The notes under the pieces: generated by a model
What the model was told of the DNA's origin: nothing
Seen by the model: only the letters and a program-made list of their open reading frames with translations
Databases searched by the model: none
Position numbers and translations under genes: made by a program
From: a virus
Virus genome (UHGV): UHGV-0311442
Length of the DNA stretch: 64,000 nt
Strand: one strand, 5' to 3'
Shown here: positions 54,569-64,000 of the stretch, piece after piece
Position numbering within the stretch: the first letter of the stretch is position 1
Layout of the letters: every line of letters starts with the position of its first letter

Positions 54569-55534
54569 ATGGAGAAATCCAGTGTTGATTTTTTCTCAAT
54601 TGGTATCGTCGCGGAAGACAAACCCCGTGGTACAGATCGGGTAAAAGTGATACCAATTGAAACTAACTTTGCTAACCCTACCGTGGTGCAATCTGTTTCT
54701 TCAGCAACTGAAAAGACGCATGAAACGTCTGGTGCAACAGATAACCTAACCATTAAGACGGGTAACACGATAACAGCAAAGTGGTGGAAGTTTAACTCCA
54801 ACCGAATTAATTCCCCTGACGTTAAACGAGAAGACTACGTTATCTTGTTACGTTTGGGGAAAACCGATATTTATTTTTGGATTGATCTGAACTTCGCTAA
54901 CGTTAAGCGATTAGAAGATGCGGTTTATGCGTGGTCGGCTGACCCTGAAAACCAAATGGCGGATGACTTGTCCAATGCGTATGTGTTGAACGTTTCGACG
55001 ATTGACAAACATATCACGCTAAGAACAAGTATGGTGAATGGCGAGAAAGCGGCGTGGTTGTTTCAGTTTGATAATGCAAACGGTACGTGGCAGTGCGTTG
55101 ACCATAAAGGAAACAAGTATTACATTAACTCGGTTGAAGATGATCTCGGGTTTGAGAATGCGATGCTTTCAAAAGTGAACATCAACAAAGAAGATGCGTT
55201 CATTTATTCAAAGCGTTCTATTAACCTGGAAACGAAAACGATTAATGAAAAATGCGAAGTTCGCAATACAGAAGCAGCGAAATCCGTTACGTTTAAAACA
55301 CAAACCTGGTTAACGGAAGCGGGAAGTTCGACAACGTTTAAAACGCCGAACTTTAAACAAGAAGGGAAGGAAGCGATGTTCACCGGTAATTTGGAAATCG
55401 CTAAGAACTTCAAATACGGTGGTACGGGTGAAGGTGTGGGTGTCTTTACGGTTAAAGATGCTGTTATTTCCGGTATTACCTTTAGCGTTCACATTCACCA
55501 AGGTAAACATGGTCCGACATCACCTCCGCAATAA
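54569..55534 (+). CDS. Hypothetical protein, probable tail-module component (321 aa)
   Basis: Plus-strand ORF with ATG start and AAGGAACG upstream, at the edge of the tail-fibre gene block. Product unknown. Confidence 0.5.
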   Translation: MEKSSVDFFSIGIVAEDKPRGTDRVKVIPIETNFANPTVVQSVSSATEKTHETSGATDNLTIKTGNTITAKWWKFNSNRINSPDVKREDYVILLRLGKTDIYFWIDLNFANVKRLEDAVYAWSADPENQMADDLSNAYVLNVSTIDKHITLRTSMVNGEKAAWLFQFDNANGTWQCVDHKGNKYYINSVEDDLGFENAMLSKVNINKEDAFIYSKRSINLETKTINEKCEVRNTEAAKSVTFKTQTWLTEAGSSTTFKTPNFKQEGKEAMFTGNLEIAKNFKYGGTGEGVGVFTVKDAVISGITFSVHIHQGKHGPTSPPQ

Positions 55535-55740
55535 TTCCCCTTTTTCTTACGTTGTTTTTATATATTGTGACCTGACGTTGGTAAAACTTTTTATCAACAC
55601 TTTTCTTAAACCCATCGTTTAGTTAAGCAGGCCACTTTTTTCGCGCACTCTACTCCTCCCTACGGGGAGGAGCTATCTTATGCTTCGGTTGTAACACACG
55701 TCGGTCTTAGACCACCTTCCTTTTGAAATGGAGAGCTGTT

Positions 55741-55950
55741 ATGTCTATTAAAGAGTTCTCTTCTGCTGAGCATATTCCAGAAGAGTTTAAGAAAATCGGT
55801 AACGTTAGCGCCTTCGGCGATACCGTTGATCATGTAACTGGTAAGCTGGCTGCTGAAGCCGAAAAAATTGGCGGCGACGCATTCAAAGTTATCGGTATTT
55901 CCGGCAACAACAAACTGCACGGTAACGCGATTGTCTACAAAAAAGACTAA
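55741..55950 (+). CDS. BhsA/YcfR-like (DUF1471 family) small protein lacking a signal peptide
   Basis: 69 aa, ATG at 55741 (track start 55723 is TTG). GGDAFKVIGISGNNKLHGNAIVYK closely resembles the BhsA C-terminus GAKSFRITSVTGPNTLHGTAVIYK; in-frame stop 30 nt upstream excludes a leader. Confidence 0.55.
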   Translation: MSIKEFSSAEHIPEEFKKIGNVSAFGDTVDHVTGKLAAEAEKIGGDAFKVIGISGNNKLHGNAIVYKKD

Positions 55951-55951
55951 G

Positions 55952-56010
55952 CGAAAAAAAAACGTGCTACTCCTACCCTCTAAGAGGGTAGGAGGTTACT
56001 TTATTTTTTT
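55952..56010. terminator. Bidirectional rho-independent terminator
   Basis: Stem CTCCTACCCTC/GAGGGTAGGAG, loop TAA, A-run upstream and T-run downstream. Confidence 0.75.
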
Positions 56011-57263
56011 CGTGCTCTAAAGCGATGCATTTCTAAATACACTTTTTCCCAGGGACCGAATGGACCAACGATTGCTTGAGCATCGTTAATCTTCTTCTGA
56101 TTATACCACCGGGCTTCACGAAAGACGTAGTTTTGACTGTCGAATTCGGTGGTGTTAAATACCCACTCACCTTCCTCCCACGTAGGCCAATAACCTACCG
56201 TCTTACCAAATCGATTATTTAAGTACCCTAATGGTTTTTCAGAATCAGGATCGTTAGGGTCCTTGAGATAACAACGTCCCCAAACTGCGTTATGGGATAC
56301 ACCCACAACCTCTTCTTCTAAATACGGATTATCTACCGTAAAGATAAAAGAGGATTCGTGGAGTAAAAGTGCCTTTAATGTTTCGGGGTTGCGAATACGT
56401 TGGACATTAGTAGGTGTTGATAAATCCCCCACACCGATGGCGTCCCAGTCGTAATAGCGACGGGTTTCCAGAACGGTCCGTGCAAGATCAAAATTCGGTA
56501 AAGAAATCATGATAGCACGGTCGGAGAAATAACCGCCCGGGGGCAACCAACGTAACATCCCGCCTATGACGAAACCCACGGTTTTTCCCGTAATAGATTC
56601 GGGCAGCGATATCATTAACGTAGAGTAATAGTCGCGTGTAGTGTCGAGCTTGTTTAGGGTAAGGTTGGCAATGGGGTAAGTTTTAACATTCCCTAACTGA
56701 CCAAAAACCATACAACCAATATCTGGCGTACAGGCTCTCCGTACGATTTTACCGGCCCCGGGTAATCGCACACCTACGGTATCCGTCTGGTGTGGTACCC
56801 ACTGACCGTTGATGTTGTAGAGCACACTATTACGGTATTTGTCCTTCCACTTGTCCTCACAAACGACGACAACGTCATCAGCATCGTCTAAGCTGAAATC
56901 TTGACTGTGATGGTACCCCGGCGGACACAGATATGTCTCGACAGGCACATCGGCATTAATTGATTGGTAGTGTGCCCAACTGAATTCCAGTTTCGGCAAT
57001 CCGGCCTTTAGAGTGGGGATGACGTTTCCGGCTTTTTCATTTAACCAATCTTGTAAAGTGTCTGTTCGGTTTTGTAGTTCGGCAAGATGGTATTGACTGA
57101 CTAACGTATAGTCTTTACCAAGTGCACTTAAACCGATCTCAAAGGTGTGGTAGTCTGAACACAACGTATTTAAGGGTTGCGTGACATCGATGGCTCCCCA
57201 GGTACGGGACTCTCGAGAGAAGCCAAAAGCGCTGTCGGGCCGCACTTGATAAGCAGTAGTCAC
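56001..57263 (-). CDS. Hypothetical protein, possible baseplate or tail component (420 aa)
   Basis: Long ORF divergent from the tail-fibre-like genes. Product unknown. Confidence 0.55.
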   Translation of the reverse strand: MTTAYQVRPDSAFGFSRESRTWGAIDVTQPLNTLCSDYHTFEIGLSALGKDYTLVSQYHLAELQNRTDTLQDWLNEKAGNVIPTLKAGLPKLEFSWAHYQSINADVPVETYLCPPGYHHSQDFSLDDADDVVVVCEDKWKDKYRNSVLYNINGQWVPHQTDTVGVRLPGAGKIVRRACTPDIGCMVFGQLGNVKTYPIANLTLNKLDTTRDYYSTLMISLPESITGKTVGFVIGGMLRWLPPGGYFSDRAIMISLPNFDLARTVLETRRYYDWDAIGVGDLSTPTNVQRIRNPETLKALLLHESSFIFTVDNPYLEEEVVGVSHNAVWGRCYLKDPNDPDSEKPLGYLNNRFGKTVGYWPTWEEGEWVFNTTEFDSQNYVFREARWYNQKKINDAQAIVGPFGPWEKVYLEMHRFRARKK

Positions 57264-57331
57264 AGCTCTTTTCCTCTATAGATTCAAGTCATAGTATGAA
57301 CTTCGACGCCCACGGACTATAGGAGTAGAGA

Positions 57332-60300
57332 ATGGCTGTCGTCCTAGACCCACACTTCAAAAAACCGGGGAATAAAATAACCGGTGAAGCGGTCGCCGTC
57401 TTTGGTACGAAATACCGAATGTTGGTACCTGCCCACGCCCCTTTTTTCACCACATCCCTGGTGGTCAAGAGCGGCGGCAAAACACTGACCATAGGCGACG
57501 ATTACGTTATTACGCACCCGTACGAGACCGGTATGTTGCGCACAGCCTATCTCATTCACGGGATGATTTGGATTGTTAATGACAAATACAAATCGAATTT
57601 TACGGTAGATTACCACGCCGTTGGTTGTGGTCAGGCTACCCAACAACAGATTACCGCAGAACGCGAACTCAATAAAGATAAATACCCGTCTGCGTGTCAG
57701 TGGGACACCGTCATCGGGGACGTTTACTTTCCACCGGTCGATATCCAGTTCGATTGGGAGAATTGGAAAGGTGAACTGGAATTAATGCAGGCTATTGCTG
57801 GATTAGGCGATTCGTTAGGGGAAGTCGTGAGTCGGCTTAACCCCATCGCACGCAATACCCTGGATTTAGAATACCGTGCTAATAGCAAGGTTATCACTTC
57901 CGAGCAGTATGCCGTATACGACAATAAAGGTGGCTTCACCTACAACACTGCCCGTCATCGTTATAGCTTGAGTTATAAAACTGCAACCTTTAACGACTAC
58001 GCCCTGTCAGTGAAACACAGAATTCCTGCTATTCTGCCAGACATGACGAAATTGAATCCAAACGAACAGATCGATTGGATGCTCTGTTATGCTAACGGCG
58101 GTGCAAGTATTCTACGGCTGCAGCTAAAACAGCGCAAAATCTCACTGGTCTTAACGGTCGCTATTGGTAGCGGTTCAACAAACTACGATTATACGTTAAT
58201 CAACGGCTTAACTGACGATGAGTTAAAAAACGATATCGATTTTAGTGTAACCCGACAACCCGGAAACGGTGTTTACGTCATCGTAGTAAAAACAAATAAA
58301 CAGACCATGGATTACACATTCAATGTCGATACGCCGCCTGATGAGTTCTCGGCAGGGTATTCGAAAACGGATGTTGCTAAATGGTTGAAGTTTAAAACGA
58401 ACATTAATTTAAACTGGTATGCGGCCGAAAACGATTATATTCAAATTCGTTCTTTACCCGGCGCACCAGAACCTGACATCGATAACGATGTTTACCAGTT
58501 AATAGTCAAATACCATCAGTTAGTTGAGCAGCTGTATCGTAACGCGCCTGCACACGAACACGTTACACGTAAGGACAACCCGCACACCGATACGTGGGGT
58601 CCGATCCGTGCGTTAGAGCTGAATGGTATTGCGACAGATGCCGCGTTAGCTTACGGGAAGACGAAACAGCAGTTAACGGATTATGTTAATGCTAAGTACC
58701 CAACACAAGCAACGTTAACCGCACAGAAAAAACTGCTTCGTGAATCGCCGAGCAAGAACGTTAACGGCACGATTACCACACTTCCGGGTTTTACTTCGTT
58801 CACGACGGAAGTTGATCCGGTCTCGATGTCGAAATACGTGAGTCCTTATTTTAGCGAAAGCTATGTTAGTAGTGGTCACAGATATCACGGCGCGCTTCGT
58901 TATACAGGAGCGAAAAGCGGTTTCAGTGCTAACTTTAATGCAGTGCCTGCCAACCTGCAAGATATTGACTTTATTGTTACTGGACGTAAAACAGCGTCTG
59001 GTAATGAAGCGGTCGGTAGGGTTGGTTTACGTTTCTACGAAAATCCTGGTAGTAACTCCGGTAAGTACGTAGAGATTACCGGTGAAGTCTGGTCCGGTAC
59101 TCTTACTATCGAACTGGCGTTGCACGGTTACGGTAGTCCGGTACCGGCAGTTCGGTATATTTCACAAGCTCCTAACCCGGCAATACCGGATGGGGATTTT
59201 ACGCTACGTTTTCAACTGAAGCGTACAGGGAATGTGTTTGACGTCGTTATTACCGTAAACAGTAAAACGTATAGCGGTAGGATTAACTTCAATAACATGG
59301 ACGCTGCGTTAGAAGCATTAGAGAATCAGCACCACTTTAAATCGCTGATCAATAATGTTGCCGACGCCGTTACCATTAGTTCGCAAAACAAAGGTAACAC
59401 GGTTACCATTAAGAAAGCACCGGATGTTGTTGACGAGACACGTTTAGGTGCCCAGTTTGTTGTTGATCCGAAATCCATCAAGTTTATTGGCCAAGGTTCA
59501 ACTGATGTTAACGTGGCTAACAACCCCGTAACGTTCCAAGCAGGTACTAACCAGCTTGTGCTATACCCCGATGACCGAGGATTGTTGTGGCGTGGTAAAA
59601 AACTCTTAGACCCCACCACCGTAGCCCCGTATCTGCCAGGCAATACCGCAGGTGGCACAGGTTTATTCTACGCAAGTTCGACAACAACGGTTACGATCAC
59701 CGGTAGCGGGATAAAAGCCTCGCCGTTCGTAGCGACCTTTATTCTTCCTACCGCGACCGATACAACAGCTCTGGCAGCTTGGCAGTTGACCGATGAGTTC
59801 GGTACCGCTGAAAACCTTGCAGCAACGCCAGCACTGATTGAAAAACTCGATGCGGAGTTCACCGGTAAGTTAGTTGCAGTTAAATCGTACATTAACGACA
59901 TGCAACTTACCAGCTCGGTTACTATCGATAAGATTACCTTTGGTTTAGGTAACGTTGCGAATACGCCTGATGTCGATTTACCGATTTCTACAGCACAACG
60001 TGCGGAGTTAGATAAATACTCGCCTAAAGTTCACCAACACCCGTTTACCGCTTTTGGTACAGGGAACGCAACCACAGCGCAACGTGGTCTGATTAAATTT
60101 GGTCTGGATGTGGATGATGCGACTTTAGCACTCGATGGGAGTGTGGTAATGGCGCAGACTTCCCAGATTGAAAAATTGGAGCGCGCTGTCAGCGGTGTTG
60201 ACTCGGAGGCACGTCTTGACATTATACGTTTTGGTGAGTCTGGTAACGACTTAATAGACGTTACGGTCAAAGACAAAATTCTGGTCACGCTTCCAGCTTC

Positions 60301-61654
60301 AACGTATTTTATCGGTGGTGAAACATACGACGTTCCGTTGATGACGATTAACGTCAGTGAACGTTTTCCGAAATTGAATACAGAAATCTACGCAGGGATT
60401 TTTGTTGATATTGTTGACAACAAAGCGAAGTATATTGTCCACGACAGCTACAGTCAGGCTGAAACGGATACCATGACGCGTGTAGGGTTGATTGGTGTTA
60501 ACGACATTTCTGAGGTGTTCGTTACGGAGATGCGTAATGTCACACGGTTGGGCGATTTCCGTGAACTGAAAGATCATAAAGCCGATGACAACGCACACAT
60601 TCAACGCTCCGCGTCACGTGCAGCGCTTGGGTTAGCTAACTTAACCGTAGGTGCGCCTTGCTGGGCTTCTGGACTCCAGGCAGTAGTACGCGGTGAAGCA
60701 GATTGGCGTTATGTTGTCGATGGGCAGTATAAAGCCTTAGACGGGGTGAAATACGACCAGCTCGCATCCAAGTGGATTTTTGACGCGAAAGGGGTAAGCG
60801 ATAACCTGCACGGGTTTATCCACAGCATGTTCCCAGCTTTTAAGAACGCAGGAATGCGGGTAAGTTGGGAAACAGAAAGTAACGCAAAAACCGGTACGGT
60901 GCTAGAAACTGTTTTAGGATGCTGGAAAAACACCGACGGCGAGTTTATGCGGTTGTCGTTACTTATCACTCGTGGTTATCGTTTAACTGACAGCAACGGT
61001 GAATATTGTTACGCAGGGTTCGGTTTGAACTTCGGTAGCGGGAAATCGGTAGTGTTAGGTTTCACACCAACGAAGCGTGTTACGCCTGCACCGTGGAATA
61101 CGTTACAACCTGACGTAACGTTTACCCACACCCGTGCTGCAAATAACGCAATAACGTTTAACGCAACATTGACCTTAGCGGGCACTACGTATACCATCGT
61201 GGTGTTTTTATCTGCGACTGATAAATACGTAAGTTGCACGGCAGCAGGGGGAGCTACGCAGAAAATCCCTCTAACTGACCGTTTAACTGGGTTCAATATC
61301 GCACCTATCGTTAACGATCCGTATACCCCTATTTACTACGGTTTAGGGGGACTTTATGAGGATGAAGTTCGTGCCAACATCCGTTCTACGGCAGATAGCG
61401 CAACCGCGAATAAAGTCTATGGTACGTTGTTAGACTATATTAGCAACTATTCCTCATTAAATCGTGTGCGCGTTATGGAATTGACCGGTGTCAGTTCAGA
61501 CCCCGAAACGCTTAATGCGTTAGTGGCAACTGAATTTAATAACAACCTGGCGGATTACGCTGCGTTACCGATACCTCCTTATCTTAACAAGGAGCGCGTA
61601 ATGTCGTTTATCGACACCAACAATAAAGTGCAGGCGGTAATCATTCGCGATTAA
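57332..61654 (+). CDS. Large tail-fibre-like structural protein (1440 aa)
   Basis: ATG with AGGAG upstream; PDVDLPISTAQRAELDKYSPKVHQHPF resembles the conserved phage tail-fibre motif (DKP.ST...H.H). Confidence 0.6.
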   Translation: MAVVLDPHFKKPGNKITGEAVAVFGTKYRMLVPAHAPFFTTSLVVKSGGKTLTIGDDYVITHPYETGMLRTAYLIHGMIWIVNDKYKSNFTVDYHAVGCGQATQQQITAERELNKDKYPSACQWDTVIGDVYFPPVDIQFDWENWKGELELMQAIAGLGDSLGEVVSRLNPIARNTLDLEYRANSKVITSEQYAVYDNKGGFTYNTARHRYSLSYKTATFNDYALSVKHRIPAILPDMTKLNPNEQIDWMLCYANGGASILRLQLKQRKISLVLTVAIGSGSTNYDYTLINGLTDDELKNDIDFSVTRQPGNGVYVIVVKTNKQTMDYTFNVDTPPDEFSAGYSKTDVAKWLKFKTNINLNWYAAENDYIQIRSLPGAPEPDIDNDVYQLIVKYHQLVEQLYRNAPAHEHVTRKDNPHTDTWGPIRALELNGIATDAALAYGKTKQQLTDYVNAKYPTQATLTAQKKLLRESPSKNVNGTITTLPGFTSFTTEVDPVSMSKYVSPYFSESYVSSGHRYHGALRYTGAKSGFSANFNAVPANLQDIDFIVTGRKTASGNEAVGRVGLRFYENPGSNSGKYVEITGEVWSGTLTIELALHGYGSPVPAVRYISQAPNPAIPDGDFTLRFQLKRTGNVFDVVITVNSKTYSGRINFNNMDAALEALENQHHFKSLINNVADAVTISSQNKGNTVTIKKAPDVVDETRLGAQFVVDPKSIKFIGQGSTDVNVANNPVTFQAGTNQLVLYPDDRGLLWRGKKLLDPTTVAPYLPGNTAGGTGLFYASSTTTVTITGSGIKASPFVATFILPTATDTTALAAWQLTDEFGTAENLAATPALIEKLDAEFTGKLVAVKSYINDMQLTSSVTIDKITFGLGNVANTPDVDLPISTAQRAELDKYSPKVHQHPFTAFGTGNATTAQRGLIKFGLDVDDATLALDGSVVMAQTSQIEKLERAVSGVDSEARLDIIRFGESGNDLIDVTVKDKILVTLPASTYFIGGETYDVPLMTINVSERFPKLNTEIYAGIFVDIVDNKAKYIVHDSYSQAETDTMTRVGLIGVNDISEVFVTEMRNVTRLGDFRELKDHKADDNAHIQRSASRAALGLANLTVGAPCWASGLQAVVRGEADWRYVVDGQYKALDGVKYDQLASKWIFDAKGVSDNLHGFIHSMFPAFKNAGMRVSWETESNAKTGTVLETVLGCWKNTDGEFMRLSLLITRGYRLTDSNGEYCYAGFGLNFGSGKSVVLGFTPTKRVTPAPWNTLQPDVTFTHTRAANNAITFNATLTLAGTTYTIVVFLSATDKYVSCTAAGGATQKIPLTDRLTGFNIAPIVNDPYTPIYYGLGGLYEDEVRANIRSTADSATANKVYGTLLDYISNYSSLNRVRVMELTGVSSDPETLNALVATEFNNNLADYAALPIPPYLNKERVMSFIDTNNKVQAVIIRD

Positions 61655-61667
61655 GGAGATTTTTTTG

Positions 61668-64000
61668 ATGAAAGCGTATCCTTACGATCCTCGGGGGACG
61701 AAAGCCGAGAATCACTTCTTAGAGGAGCGTATCATCGGGTCAGAAAATAACAACGATCGGGTGGTGATTTTAGACCATCGCCCGTTCTTTGAAGATTTAG
61801 TCGTCAGACAACCAGGTTCAACCACCCCACTGAGTCGTGGGGTGGACTACGAACTGCAATATCAGCTGACGGAACTGGATGACTCGGTAGCAGCCAACGT
61901 GTATTGTGGGGTACACCTTATCAACCCATCCATCAAAGGCATCGTAACCTTTGAAGGGCAAATGCTCGGCGGTACGTTCTACGACCCGTTTGTTGATATT
62001 CTCGATGAACTGGTGAAATATTTGAATAACCCAGTCAGTGCTGACTGGCTGTTATTAGACGGTAGACCATCGTTATATCCAGCGACGCCAGCAGCAACGT
62101 CCTGGGCGGATTTGCTGAACAAAAAATATTTAGCGTCGGCAGTTCACGATATTGAATTGAAAACCGACGACGCTAACCAGCTAATTAAAGACAAATTAGC
62201 TGAAGTTAAAGCGTTAGTGACTGCGTTGGGTAAAGAAATCGAAGCATTTAACTACCCGGCACATATCGCAGCGAAGAACCCGCACGAAACCACATCCGCG
62301 CAGATTAACGCGCATCCTGTTAACTTGAAAACACCCGACACCTTTATGGCGTACGGGTTAAAGTTGAAAGCACTGACGGATGAGCTGAAAGCGTTTCGTT
62401 TACCGCAGTCGGTTATCGATACGTATATCTCTCACTGGATTTCTTCGGAAGTGCGGGGCGTGTTTAACTGTACGGTGTCAGGAAACCGCGCACAGTTCCG
62501 TTCGAAAAACGGTGAGTCCGAAATCATTTTTGCCAACGATGGTTTTACGTTAAAATCCAACGGTTCTGTGGTGTTAGCGGTAGGGCATCTGGAAGGCACA
62601 GGTGCAGGACGCTATATCAACTGGCGTGCCGGTAAAAACACATTACGCATCGAGTCAACAGGCGATGCTTTAGGGATGAACAAACTCACCCTGAACGGTA
62701 ACCCGTTACTGACTACCACGGCGTTGATGGAATACCAACAAGATCCAGATGCGGGTTCTGGTGGCGGTGGCGACCCTGATGACTCGAAGGTGTACATTGA
62801 AGGTCGTAATGGGATTAGCTTTACCGGTAAAGGTTCTCGCGCCGACCCTATCGTGGGGACTATCGACCCAACAAAAGCGACAACCGCCGAAAAAGGCGTC
62901 GCTAAACTTAAAACAGGTAAAGGTACAGAAACGACTGGGGTTGCTGCAACACCGGCTTCGTTAGCACCATACTCGACCGACCTATCGGGGTATGTGGCTA
63001 AAACGACCATGATTAACGGTAAGCCGATGAACGACGGCTCCAGGACAATCACGAAAGCTGATCTGGGGTTAGGGCGAGCGGATAACACCGCAGACGTTGA
63101 CAAGCCGTTGTCTACCGAGTTAAATACGGCGCTTAGTGGTTTAGCGGATGCAGGTCACCACCACGATTGGTCGGAACTAGGCATTTATAAAGCCTCGCAA
63201 ACCGTTTACGGTATCGGTCGTTACGCAACTAACCAGAACGGTTTGGTTGAAAACCGTGCAGTGGTGCCGAACGTCTTAAAAGAACTTTCGGCGCGTTTAG
63301 ATGTGGTCGCCGCGGCGATTGCAAACGCGAAAGAAGGGTCGGTAACAGATTTCGCTGCGGTAAAAGGCGCAGACTGGCGCTTTAATAGCCAGGGTACGGC
63401 AATCTCCGTTCAAGATTTGAAATATTTCTATTTGCTGAACGGTGCGAAAGCTGATAGCGCCGTTACAGGTTCGATTGACCTGCAAACTACGCCGATGTTT
63501 AACTGGTTCTCACCGAACAACCAAATTGAGACGACCTGGCCTACGGGGAAAGTGAGTGCTGGTAAGGGCATTAGCTGGACAGGTATTGAAGAACCACCAC
63601 TAATGGGTTTCCAATCTGTTCCGGTAGGTAAAACTGCCTCACAGATGGGCGACCAGTCAGTTGTTACTGTGTTGGCCAAAACGCGGGTAAGAGCACGCCA
63701 GCCGAAGCTTTGGGTTTATGCCGCTGGAGGTGGCCCGGTTACAGTTTACATTAACGGTATCCAGGCAGCCACAGGCCAGTCTCCGCTCGTTGCAGTGTAC
63801 GAAACATCAGCGGACGTTGAAAACTACACCGTAGCGGTTAAAGCTGAGTGTAGCGACACGGCTAAATCCGCAGCGGTGCAATTCGAAATTTACGACGGTG
63901 ACTACCCCGTTTATTTCAGTGGCCCTGAAACGCACGTAGAGCTTCTCCAAGAGTTTGTTACAACACACGTAGGCATTCGTCATTATCTGTACGTTAACAT
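61668..64000 (+). CDS. Tail-fibre protein, truncated by the window edge (at least 777 aa)
   Basis: ATG at 61668 with AAGGAG upstream, open to the window end; NTADVDKPLSTELNTALSGLADAGHHHDW (about nt 63090-63175) and TKATTAEKGVAKLKTGKG are typical tail-fibre motifs. Confidence 0.65.
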   Translation, partial: MKAYPYDPRGTKAENHFLEERIIGSENNNDRVVILDHRPFFEDLVVRQPGSTTPLSRGVDYELQYQLTELDDSVAANVYCGVHLINPSIKGIVTFEGQMLGGTFYDPFVDILDELVKYLNNPVSADWLLLDGRPSLYPATPAATSWADLLNKKYLASAVHDIELKTDDANQLIKDKLAEVKALVTALGKEIEAFNYPAHIAAKNPHETTSAQINAHPVNLKTPDTFMAYGLKLKALTDELKAFRLPQSVIDTYISHWISSEVRGVFNCTVSGNRAQFRSKNGESEIIFANDGFTLKSNGSVVLAVGHLEGTGAGRYINWRAGKNTLRIESTGDALGMNKLTLNGNPLLTTTALMEYQQDPDAGSGGGGDPDDSKVYIEGRNGISFTGKGSRADPIVGTIDPTKATTAEKGVAKLKTGKGTETTGVAATPASLAPYSTDLSGYVAKTTMINGKPMNDGSRTITKADLGLGRADNTADVDKPLSTELNTALSGLADAGHHHDWSELGIYKASQTVYGIGRYATNQNGLVENRAVVPNVLKELSARLDVVAAAIANAKEGSVTDFAAVKGADWRFNSQGTAISVQDLKYFYLLNGAKADSAVTGSIDLQTTPMFNWFSPNNQIETTWPTGKVSAGKGISWTGIEEPPLMGFQSVPVGKTASQMGDQSVVTVLAKTRVRARQPKLWVYAAGGGPVTVYINGIQAATGQSPLVAVYETSADVENYTVAVKAECSDTAKSAAVQFEIYDGDYPVYFSGPETHVELLQEFVTTHVGIRHYLYVN

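Noticed and set aside
1-64000. CRISPR arrays, integrase, transposase or IS elements
   Set aside because: No regular direct-repeat/spacer arrays, tyrosine or serine recombinase motifs, or terminal inverted repeats were seen; the repeats present are terminator hairpins and short AT-rich motifs.

Overview
This window reads as a segment of a large lytic phage genome, most likely a jumbo phiKZ-like (Chimalliviridae-type) phage of an enterobacterial host; that placement is inference from gene content and synteny, not a database hit. The left end carries a split multisubunit RNA polymerase beta-prime-like gene next to a 2388-aa virion protein with membrane-spanning segments and a lytic transglycosylase domain. 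The middle (about 14.4-54.2 kb) is a dense, mostly minus-strand block of small genes: nucleotide metabolism (thymidylate synthase, MazG-like, CYTH-like), nucleic-acid enzymes (RNase HI fusion, DEDDh oligoribonuclease-like exonuclease, Rad50/SbcC-like ATPase with zinc hook), a macro-like protein, a GNAT acetyltransferase, a secreted lytic transglycosylase, and several tandem paralog families. The right end is a tail module with two large tail-fibre-like proteins, the second truncated by the window edge. Genes are punctuated by GC-rich hairpin terminators that share a CCCTAC(T/C)CC stem. No rRNA, tRNA, CRISPR array, integrase or transposase was recognised. The strongest candidates for undescribed biology are a five-gene operon of signal-peptide proteins (47981-50183), a four-gene paralog array with a shared C-terminal GW...QLLF(V/I)AD module (50904-54248), a paralog pair sharing an AHIRRAHW(K/R)R.W motif (28291-30142), the RNase HI fusion plus Orn-like exonuclease pair, and an orphan Rad50-like ATPase followed by three tiny membrane peptides. 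All domain calls come from motifs read by eye; none was confirmed by a search.
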